Of a stretch of 64,000 bases of DNA, positions 1 to 13,403 are shown piece after piece. Origin of the DNA: Callorhinchus milii. Its lineage: Eukaryota. The notes beneath the pieces were generated by a model that was given only the letters and a program-made list of their open reading frames with translations, was not told the DNA's origin and did not search any database. The stretch is taken from assembly GCF_018977255.1 (NCBI RefSeq), contig NW_024704742.1, positions 113,152,001 through 113,216,000 on the forward strand. Reading direction: 5' to 3'. Positions within the stretch are counted from its first letter, which is position 1. Each line of letters opens with the position of its first letter. The translations under genes were made by a program, and so were the position numbers.

Positions 1-1753
1 CTTTTCCAACTTCCAACCCCTCCCTACCCCCACCCACACAATTACCCATCCGACATTTACTCATCCCTCCTTCCACACCTTTGAACCTGTCACCCCCTCT
101 GTCTTCAACATGATAACCTCCATGAAGTCCACCACCTGCTCCCTCAACCCCATCCCCACCCCTCTCCTTAAATCTCAGCACCACCTCCTTGCCCCACTAC
201 TCGCCTACATCATTAACCTCTCCATGTCATCTGGTACTGTTCCTTCCCTCCTCAAAAAAGCCACCTTGAAAAACCTTCCCTCGACCCATCACAGCTATTT
301 AGCTGCCGGCCCATCTCAAATCTCCCTTTCCTATCCAAGGTCCTAGAGAGAGCCATTGCCTCCCAGCTTCACTCTTTCCTCTCCTCTCACTCCCTCCATG
401 AACACCTCCAATTGGGTTTCCGTGCTGCCCACAGCATGGAAACTGCTCTGGTCAAGGTCACAAACAACAGCCTGATCATGTGTGACCAGGGCTCCCTCTG
501 CCTCCTCATGCTCCTCGACTTCTCCGCCGCCTTTGACACCGTGGACCACTCAATCCTCCTCTACCGCCTCTCCTTCCACCTCAACCTTCAAGGTTCTGTC
601 CTTGACTGGTTCAGGTCCTACCTTTCACACCGCCTCCACTTCGTCACGGCAAACAGTTTCTCTTCCAGCCCCCGCACTGTCTCGTGCAGTGTTCCTCAGG
701 GCTCTGTCCTCAGTCCCTTCCTCTTCATCCTCTACATACTCCCCCTTGGTGACGTCATCCCCAGACATGGGGTAAATTTCCACATGTATGCAGATGACAT
801 CCAACTCTACCTCTCTGCCTCCACCCTGAACTCCAGGACTACTGAGGTCCTGACCGACTGCCTGTCCAACATCAAGTCCTGGACAAGGGCCAACTTACTC
901 CAACTCAACGTCAGACCAAGGCCCTCCTGATTGGCTCACGCAAGCGCCTCCGCACCTCAGGTGCTGGCAGCATCAGTCTCCATGGCTGCACACTCAACCT
1001 CACTGAGCCAGTCAGGAAACTGGGTGTCTTGTTTGACCCTGAACTGTCCTTTCTCCCCAACATCCGCACCATGACCGGCACTGCCTACCACCACCACCGC
1101 AAAATTGCCAGACTCCGCGACTGCCTCACCCCTCAGGCTGCCGAAACGCTCACTCACGCATTCGTCACCTCAAGGCTTGATTACAGGAACTCCCTCCTCA
1201 TCGACCTTCCCAACTCTTCCCTTCACAAGCTGCAGATCATCCAAAACTCTGCAGCTCGTGTTCTCTCACGCACCAGGCTGCGCGACCCCATCACTCCCAC
1301 CCTCGCCCGACTCCACTGGCTCCCCATCCCCCGAGGATCGAGTTCAAGATCCTCATCCTCACCTTTAAGGCCATCCATGGCCTTGCCCTCTCCTACTTCT
1401 CCTACCTGCTGACTCCCTACCAACCTGCCCGCTCTCTCCGTTCAGCGGGCTCCATGTCTCCCGCCCGACTCGCCCTACCATCAGTGGCCGGGCTTTCAGC
1501 CTCTCTGCCCCCACACTCTGGAACTCCATCCCACAGTCCCTTCGCCTCGCTTCCTCCTTTGCCTTCTTCAAGGCCGGTCTCAAGACCCTTCTCTTCGACC
1601 ATGCCTTTTGCCTCCCTCCACCTTTCTGCCTTCCCTCATCCCTACACCACCATTCCCCCATGCTCGGGCCCCGACATCTGACTGTTCAGTGCTTTGGGAA
1701 GTCGTCCCGATGTGAAAGGCGCTCTATAAATGTCATTTTGTTGTTGTTGTTGT
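1..1753 (+). mobile_element. L2-clade LINE, ORF2 RT/C-terminal part with frameshifts, plus 3' UTR and (TTG)n tail
   Basis: ORFs contain RT motifs GFRAAHSMETAL, LLDFSAAFDTVDH, VPQGSVLSP and YADD, and the L2-type C-terminus AFVTSRLDY..NS / LHWLPI. Ends with tgtgaaaggcgctctataaatg..(ttg)n. Confidence 0.95.
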
Positions 1754-2626
1754 ACCTCAGTTGTGCTTATAATAAAAATTTAGACCTATGCATATTTGAA
1801 TTTACCTTTTAAATAATCTTTGATGGATAAATCCGAGGAATACTGCAGGCTAATGGCTTAAGTTTGCCATTTAGTGACTGAATTCCTGGACCTTGCTATT
1901 GCTATGTGTTTTTCAAAATCAGTTTTTAGAGCTCTGCTAATGGCTCCTTATGATTTGCAGTTGGACGAAATGAAGTTAACTAACACACATGATGTGCTTC
2001 ACTAATATCCCAGGCTGACATTTTTGGCATCTATTTAAATCCGAAAATGAATGACAAACTTTACAAATTAAAACGAGCTGCAAGTACCAACTTTGGGCTT
2101 AGATACTGAGCATTCAAAGCCATTTTTACCAATGCTGTTAAGTTTTTCAAATTGAATTTAGTTCTCGCCCAAGGGGAGTTCAATTTGGTGACAGTTCCGC
2201 CTTTGATAGAGGCGAATTGAATAATATATTTTCACAAATGGGCGAAGCTGGAAACAACAGTAGTTTGGAAGTAGAATACATTTCTGAAAATGATACAGTA
2301 TTTGACAGGACTTGTTGAGTTAGGTACAAAACAATCTTTTTCTGATCATAAAAGACAATGTTTTGTAATTAGATTATGTTTTAGGCAGTAAAGAACGATC
2401 AAAACCATTGTAAGGGAAGATTATCTGTAGGGAAGATTTTCCTGGCCAGGAAAACTCTCCATCTATGTCAAATGCTTAATCGAGTAAAAAATTGTATCTA
2501 GTGATGTGACAAAGAGAAAGTAAAATCTCCAGCATAAATCTCGCTATTGATCACATTAAAAAAAAGAGAGTTTTTAAAGGATATGCAAAGAAACACCAGT
2601 GATAATCAGAGTAAATTCTGTCTAGT

Positions 2627-3383
2627 GTCAGCCTGGCTCAGTTGCTAGAACTCTTGTCTTTGAGCCAGAAGTTTGTAGGTTCAAAGACCCTCATCAGGAC
2701 TTTGAACTCACATATTCGAGGCACTTCAAATCAGTGGTAAGGATGTGCTGCATTAATAATAATAATCCTTGCATTATTAGTAGCGATTTTCACGTCTTCT
2801 AGACGTCTCAAAGCTCTTCACAGAATAGACTGTAAAGTGAATTGACTGTACATTTGTGGGCGAAATGCGGCAGCCAATTGCGGCCAGCAGTGTCCCACAC
2901 TGGATTGAAATGACCAATTTATTATTGTTTTTTTCTTGAGGGATTATTATCAGGCGTGTGGAGTAAAGAAACTTGCCCAAGGTTTCAACCTGCCGGGAAT
3001 CGAAAACCAGGTCTCTCGCTTGCAAAGCGATAACCACTGAGCTACCGGACTCCACATTGTTGGAGATGCCGTTCTTCAGATGAAAAGCAAGGTTCAGTCT
3101 TCTTGGTGAGGTGGACGTTAAAGATCCCATGGCACTAGTTGAAAAGAGAAGAGAAATACATATCCCCTGGTGTGCTGGCCAACAATCACCCAGATAAAAT
3201 TGGTCATTCACTTTGTGGCGTTTGTGGAACATTGCTTTATGCATATTGCCTGACAATTTTGCCTACAAAAGACACAGTAAATCCTGTGAAGTGTGTTAAG
3301 ATGTCCTCCTGACATGAAAATGTCCTCCTGACATGAAAGCACTATATCAAATGCTAAAATTATTAATTATTATTATTATTATT
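2627..3383 (+). mobile_element. SINE family B (tRNA head, DeuSINE/SacSINE1-like body), interrupted by a family A SINE
   Basis: Head gtcagcctggctcagttg..ggttcaa; body ggtggacgttaaagatcccatggcacta and gtttgtgg..ttgct; (TTA)n tail. Confidence 0.8.
2754..3053 (-). mobile_element. SINE family A (tRNA-Ala-like head), nested in a family B SINE
   Basis: Reverse complement reads ggagtccggtagctcagtggtta..ttgcaagcgagagacctgg..ccttgggcaagttt..tail (TTA)n. CATT is repeated at both junctions. Confidence 0.9.
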
Positions 3384-5804
3384 GATGGGGTGGAATTTTC
3401 TCTGATGTGAATTCACAATTACTCGGGAAGCGCACCAACGAATATAGCAAGATTTTACCGTAAGAGGGGAAAAAAGAGTTCTTGAGAAACTACATGTTAC
3501 TCTTGTTCAGTGGGACAAATATTGATTTCAAAAGTGCAACCATATTTTGTGATAATTATCACAGCACATACTTATTTTTCACGCCAATGTTATTTAATAT
3601 TAAATATGAGAAAGGCATGGTCTGCTTTTAATACCACAATTTTCTGTTTTTTATATGAGCAGAGGTTTCCATTACTTAATGTAAACTAAAAAAAATTTTT
3701 TCTCTACCAAAATCCATTTTAATGATTGAGAACTCATGCTGTCTCTTTGGTTTCCATAAACAAGGACAAACGTTGTCATATGTGGAACTAGGAAACTCTC
3801 TTTTCTAAAGCCTTGAATGCCCTGCCTAAATTCTGCTTTATCTCCTCTTTATCTATCTTTCAATCCAATCTGAATACTTACCTGTTTGTACATGCCTATA
3901 GACACCTCCCCTCCCCCTACTCCCTTGCTCGGCTTTCAATCCCACACTGTACAGTGCTCCAAGACACTATCCTGCATAAAGTGCGCTATATAAATGCAAG
4001 TCGTTATGGCTAAACATAGTTTTTAACAAACCTAAATGAGAGTGAAAAGATTAAATGTGGAATTAGAAATGGGATGTGTGGTACATTTGCCGATGGAAAA
4101 ATGTGTGACCCAAAGTAATGTCACACCAATTTTTTGCTAAATTTCATCTAAGAGAGACATTGAGAGAGACAAGTTACCATGGAATTGATACATTGCCAAT
4201 AAATAAAATAGAATAGTGTGCTTATACTCAGAAGGAGAATTATGGATATGTAACCAGCTTTACCACAAGTCTAATTCAATCAAATGTTGAGTGTAAAAAA
4301 TGATTCTGTTGCTTCTGTTTTATTTCTGGCAAAAATAGAGAAACCTTATTATTATTCTTGATACCAGCATATGATTTCCTTGAAATGTTCCTCACAACCA
4401 GGGGAGGTAAACTTGGTTACAATTCACATTGTTTGTGATCAGTCCCCAATGAAGAGACAATTAAATTGGCCATCATTTTTAAATGAAATATCAATAAAAC
4501 CTATTGTCAAGAGTAAGTCAAAAGTTAGTTGAGGCTTATACATTGTTCTTGTGTTAGAGAGAATTAAAGAACAACAACATTTGTATTTATGTGGTGCCCT
4601 TTATGCCCATGGCATCTCAGTGAGGTTTGAACCTAGAATCTTCCAAGTTAGAGGTGAGAATGCTACCTATTGAGCCAGATGACCAGCATCACAAGATGTT
4701 CTCTCCTCCAAATTATTTCTGGAAAGGGAGACACCAGAAACAATCATTATAGGACATCACTAGTTGTTGCCCACCAGACAATTTACTGTCCTTGAATGTT
4801 TTCCTTTGTTTTTTAATCCTCTAGGTACCTAATCAATAATCCTATCAAACATTACCTACTTTAACAGTCTCACATTTTATAATGAACATCGTACCTTAGA
4901 CACACTTACATAATATATATTTATTTGAGAAACTTTAATATTTCCATGAGTATGCAACAGCCTAGCAACATCTCTGGAGCCTCTGTTTGTCATTTCTTTA
5001 GTAAATTGACTTTTACGGTGTATTACCTTATTTGAATGCTTTTCTGTTTGATTCAGTGAGGCCTAATGTGACTTGCTACCAAGCTCTTTCAGACTATCTG
5101 TACATTAACGTGTCAGCTAAGTGATCAATAACAACTGTAATATCTCTCCTTGATCAATAAGGTTCAGTGATGTGATGTAAGGTTCATAACTAGCATCCTG
5201 TTGTATTTTCTGTTCAGACATATTCAATTCCTTTGGGGATATTTAGAGTTAACCTACTCCCTGAGTACTCTCTGCTTGATATAATGTTGGATTTTTTTTT
5301 AATGATATGTTTACCACCTGCTCCTTTTATCACTTTCTTTCATGGTAGTCCTCACCTCTTTTTTTAACCTGTTTCTGTATAAGCTTGTACTAGGCCCAAC
5401 AATCACCCCCTCCCTTCTCAAAATGTAATATACATTGCATTTTGATTAATGGTGAGCTGACAGCCACCAGATTGCTGTAAAATATGAGGAATCAGCAGGA
5501 TTTGAAGCTGGTCCATTGACTTTACTTCATCACCCCAAGGAGAGATTTGTCAAGGCTCTCCTTGCCGATCTCTGAGGCTCCACTTACCAGAAGTTTTTAA
5601 CTGATCCAGAATTCTGCAGCCAAAATTCTCTCTCACACAATACTCTGCACATCCATCTGTTCCAAGCTTCATTGACTCCCAGTACACCAATTTCAAGATC
5701 CATCTCCTGGTCTTCAAATCCCTTCCTAAAATAATATTAATAATCCTTGCATTTCCTATAGCGGCTTATCACCTCTTTGAGATGTCTCAAAGTGCTTCAT
5801 AGAA

Positions 5805-6483
5805 TCTATACTAATAAAGACAAAGTGTCTGTTTGGGTGTCAGTGTATCTGATGATCGTACATTACCAATTGATATAGAGACATGATTTATACCTCATCA
5901 GAAAGGTCTTGGAATTGGCAGTGTCATGGGCATATTTTTTGAGGGGGAAATCGCCTATTGTTGATGAGCTATATTAAAAAACGTTTTAATTAAGCCCCCC
6001 AAAATATGAGGTATGCTTTGTATTCTGCAACTATGTAGTGACAGAGGAAAGCACACTGTTCAGAGAGATACATCTATATTCTGCCAAAAATGTATGGCAC
6101 TTTATTCTGGTTGTCATGGGAACTAGAATCCTCTGGAACAGGCAGAGAGAGAGACAGACTGAAATAGTGAGGCCATCTGGGAATAGGTTGAGAGTGAGAA
6201 AGAGAGACTGAGAGAGAGGGACTAAGAGAGACTGAGAGAAAGAGAGACTGAGAGAGCGATAGAGAGAGAGACTGAGAGGGAGAGAGACAGAGAGACTAAG
6301 AGAGACAGACAGAGAGAGAAAATATATTAAAGACGTCCTCCCAAAAGGAATCCTCCCACAGAAGTCCTCCCAGCTGAGTATAATGTCTAAACGAAATGTC
6401 TGTCTATGTGTCTGTCTGTGTGTCAATCTATATTCCATATTGGATCCATTGGTTGCCAGCAAAGCTGCAATGGGTACAGCTAG
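5805..6483 (+). mobile_element. Non-autonomous Helitron
   Basis: Begins TCTATACTAATAAAG and ends CTAG. Has an imperfect subterminal hairpin (ccattg..caatgg). Inserted between A and T with no TSD. Contains an internal (GA)n tract. Confidence 0.85.
6200..6320. repeat. (GA)n / GAGACT microsatellite inside the Helitron
   Basis: Direct reading of the sequence. Confidence 0.9.
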
Positions 6484-8006
6484 TATACTATAAAGTGAAT
6501 TTACACTATATTTGTGGGCATAACTTGGCAGTCTAGTGCACACAGCAATGTCTCACAAACAGTCGTGGATTGAGTAACCAAATTATTATTATTTACTTTT
6601 TGAAGGGATTGTTACCCCTGGAAAAGCAATCCACCAATCGATTAACAACCGGCTTCCTACTTACTGCTAGGTAAACAGAGGTGTGTGGAGTAAGGAAACT
6701 TGCCTAACATTTCACCCAGGAATCAAACCCAGGTCCTTTCGTTTGCAAGGCGAATGCTCTAACCACTAAGCTACAGGACTACTTGATCGGATCTCACCCA
6801 ATTTATATAATCTTCTCCAGCCCTACATTCTAGCTCCACTCTTCTGATTTTAGATTATTGCTCATTCCTCAGTCTCCAACTTCATGACCAGTGGCCAAGC
6901 TTCTGGTCACCATGTCTGTACAATTACCTTCCAAATTTTCTTTTCCTTTGTTACCTCTCTCTCTTCTTCCAAAAACCTACAAACATAGCTCTTTGACTGA
7001 ACCTTTTGTCAACATCTTGAAATCTCTTATTTCTCTGTTCAGTGTCCACCACAAGAAGCACCTTGAGATGTGCATTTACATGAAAGAAACCATATCAATT
7101 GTTGTTGTTGAATTTGCTATTCAAGGAGAAGTTGTATTTTAATGCTGTACATCCTTGATTGTACTTAAAGTTAAAGGTCAGTGGCAAACTCAGCAGCAAA
7201 CGCCACGATTCTCAGGGTCAAATTTCTCCAATGTTACGTGCTCCAAGGCACTACCCTATATGCTATAAATGCAAGTTATTGTTGTCAGATATACAAAAAC
7301 TAAAAGAACTTAAAGAATGGCCACTCATGAAAGGATAGACAACAAAGTCTGTTGTAAACAGCAGTTCCATGACTACGTATGTATTTTTTTCTATTTAAAA
7401 ATAATAGTGTTGCAAATCTCACTAGAGTATGAGAATGTGAACCATTTAGCCTGCTTGTAATGGGACGTCCTCCCGACATGAAAGGCGTTCTATAAATGAA
7501 ATCTTGTTGTTGTTGTTGCTGCTTGGATTGCCTGTCAGTACAATGTTTCCACATCCTCCTTCGTTAATTAATTTTGTAGTGACAACACCCCACACACATA
7601 CCTTTTAAATAACGTTCTGAGGAACATCATTAATGTATAGAGAATGAATTAACCTTGAAAATGTCCTCATTTATACATGTCCATTTCCTCATCTGTGGCA
7701 ATATTCCCATCAAAATGTTGCACCCATCTTATCAGACACAAAACTCATTTTTTTATTTATGAACAAGGAATGTATAACCTGCTGGTTATTGATTGTAGAT
7801 CATTACTCTTCAGCACAGTGACATTCAACAGTAATAATCTAAGATAATCATCACAGGAACATTCAGTGCAGTGGGTCTAACATATTATTGATTTGGAGTC
7901 AAGGACAAATGTACATTATGTACATTAATACTGTCAGTCAAAGCAGAAAAAAACACGGAAACATTTATTTTAATCTACTAGTTTATGCAGTCATTTAAGG
8001 GCACTG

Positions 8007-8185
8007 GAGTTTAATTTACAATATTCACAAAATCGACTTTTTAATCTATAGATTCATAGAAATAACACGAGTTTATGAAAAAGTATTTTTTTAAAACTTT
8101 GCCGATTTACCACTGTGTATATCACAAACCAGGAGGTGCAAAGAACACAACGAACCTGGTTTGTGAATATCGCAAATTAGAACTC
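8007..8185. mobile_element. Foldback/MITE-like element with ~25-bp imperfect terminal inverted repeats
   Basis: gagtttaatttacaatattcacaaa (8007-8031) versus the reverse complement of tttgtgaatatcgcaaattagaactc (8160-8185). Confidence 0.55.
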
Positions 8186-10877
8186 ATTATGTGAAAAGGA
8201 GAATTTAAAACACCTGACTTGAAAGTGATTAATGAACAGAACTTTGGTTCTCTACCAAAAATCTAATGTTGAAAATCAGCAGCAGCATTTATTTTTGCAA
8301 TTCGCTTGTAGCTCTCACTTCTTCCATTTTTTTCTATTTTATTTTAAGAGAAATTAAATTTCTTTCTCTCAATAACTGTGTGGGTGGTGACATCCTTCTG
8401 TATAAAGCACACCGATAAATGACTGTACAAGATGATGAATTAGCACCAAACTAATTATGGTATATTCATAGTATTGCAGTATTGTCAGCCTGGTTCAGTT
8501 GGTCGGACTTTCACCTCTTCAACAAAAGATTTAGCTCAAGATTCGCATCAAGGACTTAGAGCTTATAGCCTAGACTGACACTTCAATGTTGTGATGGGGT
8601 GAGCATTGCATTGACACCTCCAACAATTCAGCACTGCATCCAAGTGTCAGATTGGACTGTAAATTCTAAGACCTGATGTGGAGTTTGAACTTCAGGGCAG
8701 CTTCAGGTGAACATCCATTCTGCTGAAATGGGGGGGCAGTGGAAGAGGTTCACACCAAAGACCAATGAATAGTTATGGAATAGTTCGAGCCATAATTTGT
8801 GGCAAAACAACACCAGTGGTAATTAAAACATCACATCTTTATACTCATATTTCACACTGTGTGTTGCTGTTGTTTAAAGGGTTACAAGATTTCCTATTTG
8901 CAACTGCAGTGAAAAAGAGATGACAGTGTATCTGTTAAAGGGATGTGGTAGGCAACATTTTGCAATTGAAACAATAAATAAGCAGATGGAGAAATAATAA
9001 TCTCTTGCCTACTGAGCTGTTTCACATTAGAAAAAGGTCCAAATTAAGATAAAGTTAAAATAAATTGAATTTCTGTTAAAAAAAATTGCTGTAAAATTTG
9101 CAATGGAAGTTCCAATCCTATTTTTCAAGTGGTTTGGCAGTCAAAGCCCTAAGTTGTGTCGTTTCCAAGTCAACAATCTTTATCTCAAGGACACAGAAGT
9201 AAGCAAACATAACAATACTTAATTTCTTTCCTGCAATTTTCATTCATTTAGCTGTTAAAGATTTAAACATATTGTATTGCATTTGAATCAAATTTAAAAA
9301 TGAGCAGAACAGGCGTTTTCTTAAACAGCACTTTGAGAATATTGTTTTTGTCTCACTGGATTTCTCCAATTTTCCTTAAGATTTGAAACTATTATATTCT
9401 CTTTAAACATGGATCAATGTTTCTCTTCTTGCCATTATGCATTCTCACAGGGAGGACAATCTAAGACTGGGATCAACCTTTCCTGGTCACTAGTAGTAGT
9501 AAACATGATTTATGATGGATAAGACAGAGTGTCATTTTTTCCACTCCCAGGAGACTGGACATGCGAGGCTGCATCTTGTGGCTCTGTTGGGAACTGACAA
9601 CACTCAGCCAACCAAGACAAACAAATCCCAATGATAGGCAGCTCTATAACTTGCACTCATGACCTTTTGGAAATAAAGAACTCAAGCACTTGAGCTCCTC
9701 CAAACACTATAAATTTTAAGATAATTAATTCACCCAAAAGATTCTTGAAGGGCTTATGTCATAAATCAGTGTGTTTATAATTTGACATTTTATTGATTAC
9801 TTAAATACTGTATGTGGAACATAGAGCAAAATATCTTGAAATCTACAAAATGGAACATTAGCTTTTCTGTTTAAAGATCTACGCTTGGATATTTTTCATA
9901 CTAAAGTACAACAACGCATTGTGAATATCTTAAGGCATTCCTGACCTCAAATAAACAGACTGGTAGGTAACAGTATACAATAACTCCAGCAGAAAGCTGA
10001 GGCAAAGCAGTGCTTAAAGTGTAAAATAGAGCAATAATTTTCTTTACGCAACCCAACCTTCTTGTAACTTACGACATTCCATTTATACAACGGTTTGCAC
10101 TGCAGCTTATTATTAGCAATCGACTGGGGAACAAAGCACAAAGAGAAAAATATAAAATTTCTTCTTGGGAGGTTAGGTATCTACACCTTCAAGAATTTAT
10201 GACCTATTTATCTTAACAAGCATTAAGTAGCAACAAGCAATAAAGAGGTCTATCCTTTACACAGAGCAGTGTTTCAGCACTTCCACTGGATTTATGGCTT
10301 TTCCCTGCTGCTGAATTTAAAGGATGATCTTAAAAAATGAAGCACTGGATTCTATGTGAAGCTTCATCTGGGCTATGTCATTCCCTGTCCCTTCAAAGAG
10401 GAAACAATAAAAATTAGCTTACCAGACTGAGCCCTGAGCATACCAGACCTACCTCTTTGACTGAGTCTACGGTCACCTCCCCTCTTCCCTTGCTCACCTC
10501 CAGCACCGTTTCTGTGAAATAACCGAGACATTATCTTATTTGAAAACATTATCCTATTATAGAAATGAAAGTTGTTGTGGTTGTTGCTGTAGTTGTGAAA
10601 CAAATAAAATTACTTGTTGCAGATGAGTCCACCAAGTGTTAACACTTCCCATGCCATCAGTTTCAGGTAGAATTCACGGCCCATGCTGTTAGTTTACCCC
10701 CTTCTCACTGCATGCTACATACACTAAATGAAAGTCGTAGCATAGCATCATACGATCCTATACAACATGGCTTTACACTGTCAAGTTAGAATTTCATCTG
10801 CGTGTGAACTATACAAGGTTGGTATTTTTCTGTGCATTCTGAGCTTCATCTCATCTGTCTTCTAGGATTAGTTTGGT

Positions 10878-11280
10878 ATTAGCCTTGGTGCAGTTGGTAG
10901 CACTCTGGTCTCTGAGCCAAAATGATATGGGTTTAAGCCCCTTGTCGAGATCCTGAACTTTTATAGTCTAGGCTAATACTTCATCAGTGTGTTAGGGTGT
11001 GTCAGATGTGCCGTTCTTTGGATGAGACATTAACCAAGGGCCTTTTCGTGTGTTTAGGTAGATGTTAAAGATGCTGGGGCACCATTTGAAAAGAGAAGGA
11101 CGTTTCTCTGGTGTCCTGGCTAACAATCCCCTAGAAAAAAATAATTAGCTTCATGGCTGTTTGGGCGACATTGCTTTGAGCAAATTGGCTCTCACATTTG
11201 TCTACAAAATACACAGACACTACACTTTACAATAAATCATGTGCATGGCACTACATCAAGTCTAAGGATTAGTATTATTG
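10878..11280 (+). mobile_element. SINE family B (DeuSINE-like), full length, diverged
   Basis: tRNA-like head; gatgagacattaaccaagg..gatgttaaagat; caaattggct; tail. Confidence 0.8.
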
Positions 11281-11889
11281 GTTTTCACCTCTTTTGAGAC
11301 TATCTATTGATTTGTGCTTAATGTTAGTCCTACATTTCACATAACATGTATTGGATGTTGGGTAGAATGTTTCAGTATTCTGCTTGAGAAAAAAAACAGA
11401 AGAGCTAGCCATTTACTGTTTACTGTTCATTCTCTCTTTCAACACCCTTTGGGTCCCCTAAGATTATAACTTCTTCCATGACTACCTGCTACAGCAGTGA
11501 AATATGTTATATCTGCTGCTATATACATTTCCAGTTCTCTCTTGGCTCTCCTAATCTCTCTTTTGTTATCTCCATCTGTATGCCTTTGTACTCAGCCCAA
11601 TAGCTCTCACCTCTTGTCTTCCAAAGATTGTATTTTGTTCTTTATTCTTTAATGCTCCATTAAATTCTCCCTTGATTCAATTTGAAGCTTCTTTGTTTAA
11701 TGTACCCTGCTATACTTAGACATGTAAATCCTGTATCCTCTGCATAATTTTTGAATAATGTCCATTTAACCTCACCTGCTTTACTCCCCTCCCCCCCACC
11801 ATTTCCCCTCCATTCTTTCCCATCTATAATAATAATTCTTGTATTTGATATAGTGCCTTGTCACATCATTGAGACATTGATAATTATTT

Positions 11890-12018
11890 GGGGAGGACAA
11901 GTTTGCAGGGCTATGGGGAGAGCGCGGGGAAGTGGGTTTGAATTGGATAGCACTTTTCAAAGAGCCGGCATAGACACGATGGGTCAAATGGCCTCCTTCT
12001 GTGCTGTATAATTCTATG
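11890..12018 (+). mobile_element. CR1-clade LINE 3' end
   Basis: gagccggcatagacacgatgggtcaaatggcctccttctgtgctgtataattctatga matches the recalled CR1-type 3' end of cartilaginous fishes. Confidence 0.7.
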
Positions 12019-12225
12019 AGACATCTCAAAGTGTTTCACAGAATATACTGTAAAGTAAATTGACTGCGTATATTTTGGGGTGAAATGCGGCAGCCAATTG
12101 CACACAGCAGTGTCCCACAACCAGTGATGGATTGAGTGACCACATTTTTTTTTGAGGGATTATTACCCCAGAAAGAGATCCGCCAATCGACTAACAACGG
12201 GTCCCTACTTACAACTGGAAAACAA
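12017..12225 (-). mobile_element. SINE family A fragment
   Basis: Matches the body of other family A copies. Confidence 0.8.
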
Positions 12226-13295
12226 ATCTATACTTCTATTCCTCATACCCTTGACAGTTGCCCATTTAGACATTTACACTGGACTTTGGTTACATGCTTG
12301 AACTGCTTCCCAAGTCAGAGTGAATGTTATTGGTCACTATCCCCCAGTGATTTATCTATATCTATTCCCTCAATAGTGTCTGGATCACTGACAAGAAATA
12401 CGTCAAGGAGAGTGATATCCCTTGAGGGTTCCTTGACACAATGAGACAGGAAGCAGTCATGTACTACACTGACAAACTCAGAGTCCTTTCCACTGGGTAT
12501 TCTTAGTGTAAGTTTGAGTTAGTTGAAATCCTCTATCGGTACTTATTAAGTTTGCCCACATAGGCCTGTAGTTTGTCATTAAACAATAAGGCATTCTCCC
12601 TAATTTGCCTTAGCATTGTGTAGCAAATCCCAAAATGTTACCCTGACCTCTTTTAAAATAAGATACACATTAAAACAGAGCAATTTTATATTCATTTCCC
12701 ACAGTTTACTGCTGAGTATTCCCTCTGCTGTGCCTGTTTTTGCAGTCAGTTATTTACCTGCTAGATTATTTTACAGACAGATTGACAGTTTATCCAGAAT
12801 AATCCAATCTGTAACGATTTTCAAATATCTCCCTGACATTTTTTAAGTAACTCCAAAAACAGGTACAGATCACAGATTAATTAATTTTAATTAAGTAAAA
12901 TCCTGTGTATATAGCTTATAAACATGACTATCACTTGTGCAATATGCTATCATTTCAAATTACATTCAATGAGAGAATCAGCAAGTGATTAATATTGTTT
13001 TGTTTGAAGTATTGCAGTTTGTTACATCAATATGATTGACCTGTTTACAAAGTCTAAAATCTCTCTTTCTGTGGAGTCTTTCAATTTGTAGCTTAATTAT
13101 TCTGTTTATAATTTTTTTTAGTAATAAAGAAAATAGAAAATAGTAACTTTCTGGAGAAAGAAATTCTTTTCCCATTAATAAAACTTTTAACATCTTGAAA
13201 ATAGGGAGGAAAATACAGGATGTTCGTAAAATGTTAGATTACTCATCAAATGTATGGCATTCTTTATTCCGCAAACCACATCAGGCTTCCTCGTC

Positions 13296-13403
13296 TTAGC
13301 CTGCAAGACCATTTTGTCTTAATCTTTAAGACTGCATACAATTTATTTTAAGAATATAATCTTGTGATGTAAAAAATCAAAACAAAATGGTCTTACAGGC
13401 TAA
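13296..13403. mobile_element. Short inverted-repeat DNA element (22-bp arms, 1 mismatch)
   Basis: ttagcctgcaagaccattttgt / acaaaatggtcttacaggctaa; the same arm motif recurs at 48195-48208. Confidence 0.55.

Larger units (their letters stand above)
5730..6780 (-). mobile_element. SINE family A (long form), split by a Helitron
   Basis: Tail at 5730-5804 and body/head at 6484-6780 rejoin into the family sequence cacagaa|tatactgtaaagtgaatt. Confidence 0.85.

Noticed and set aside
6031..6543. 170-aa minus-strand ORF
   Set aside because: Spans the (GA)n tract and the Helitron/SINE junction; not RepHel-like.
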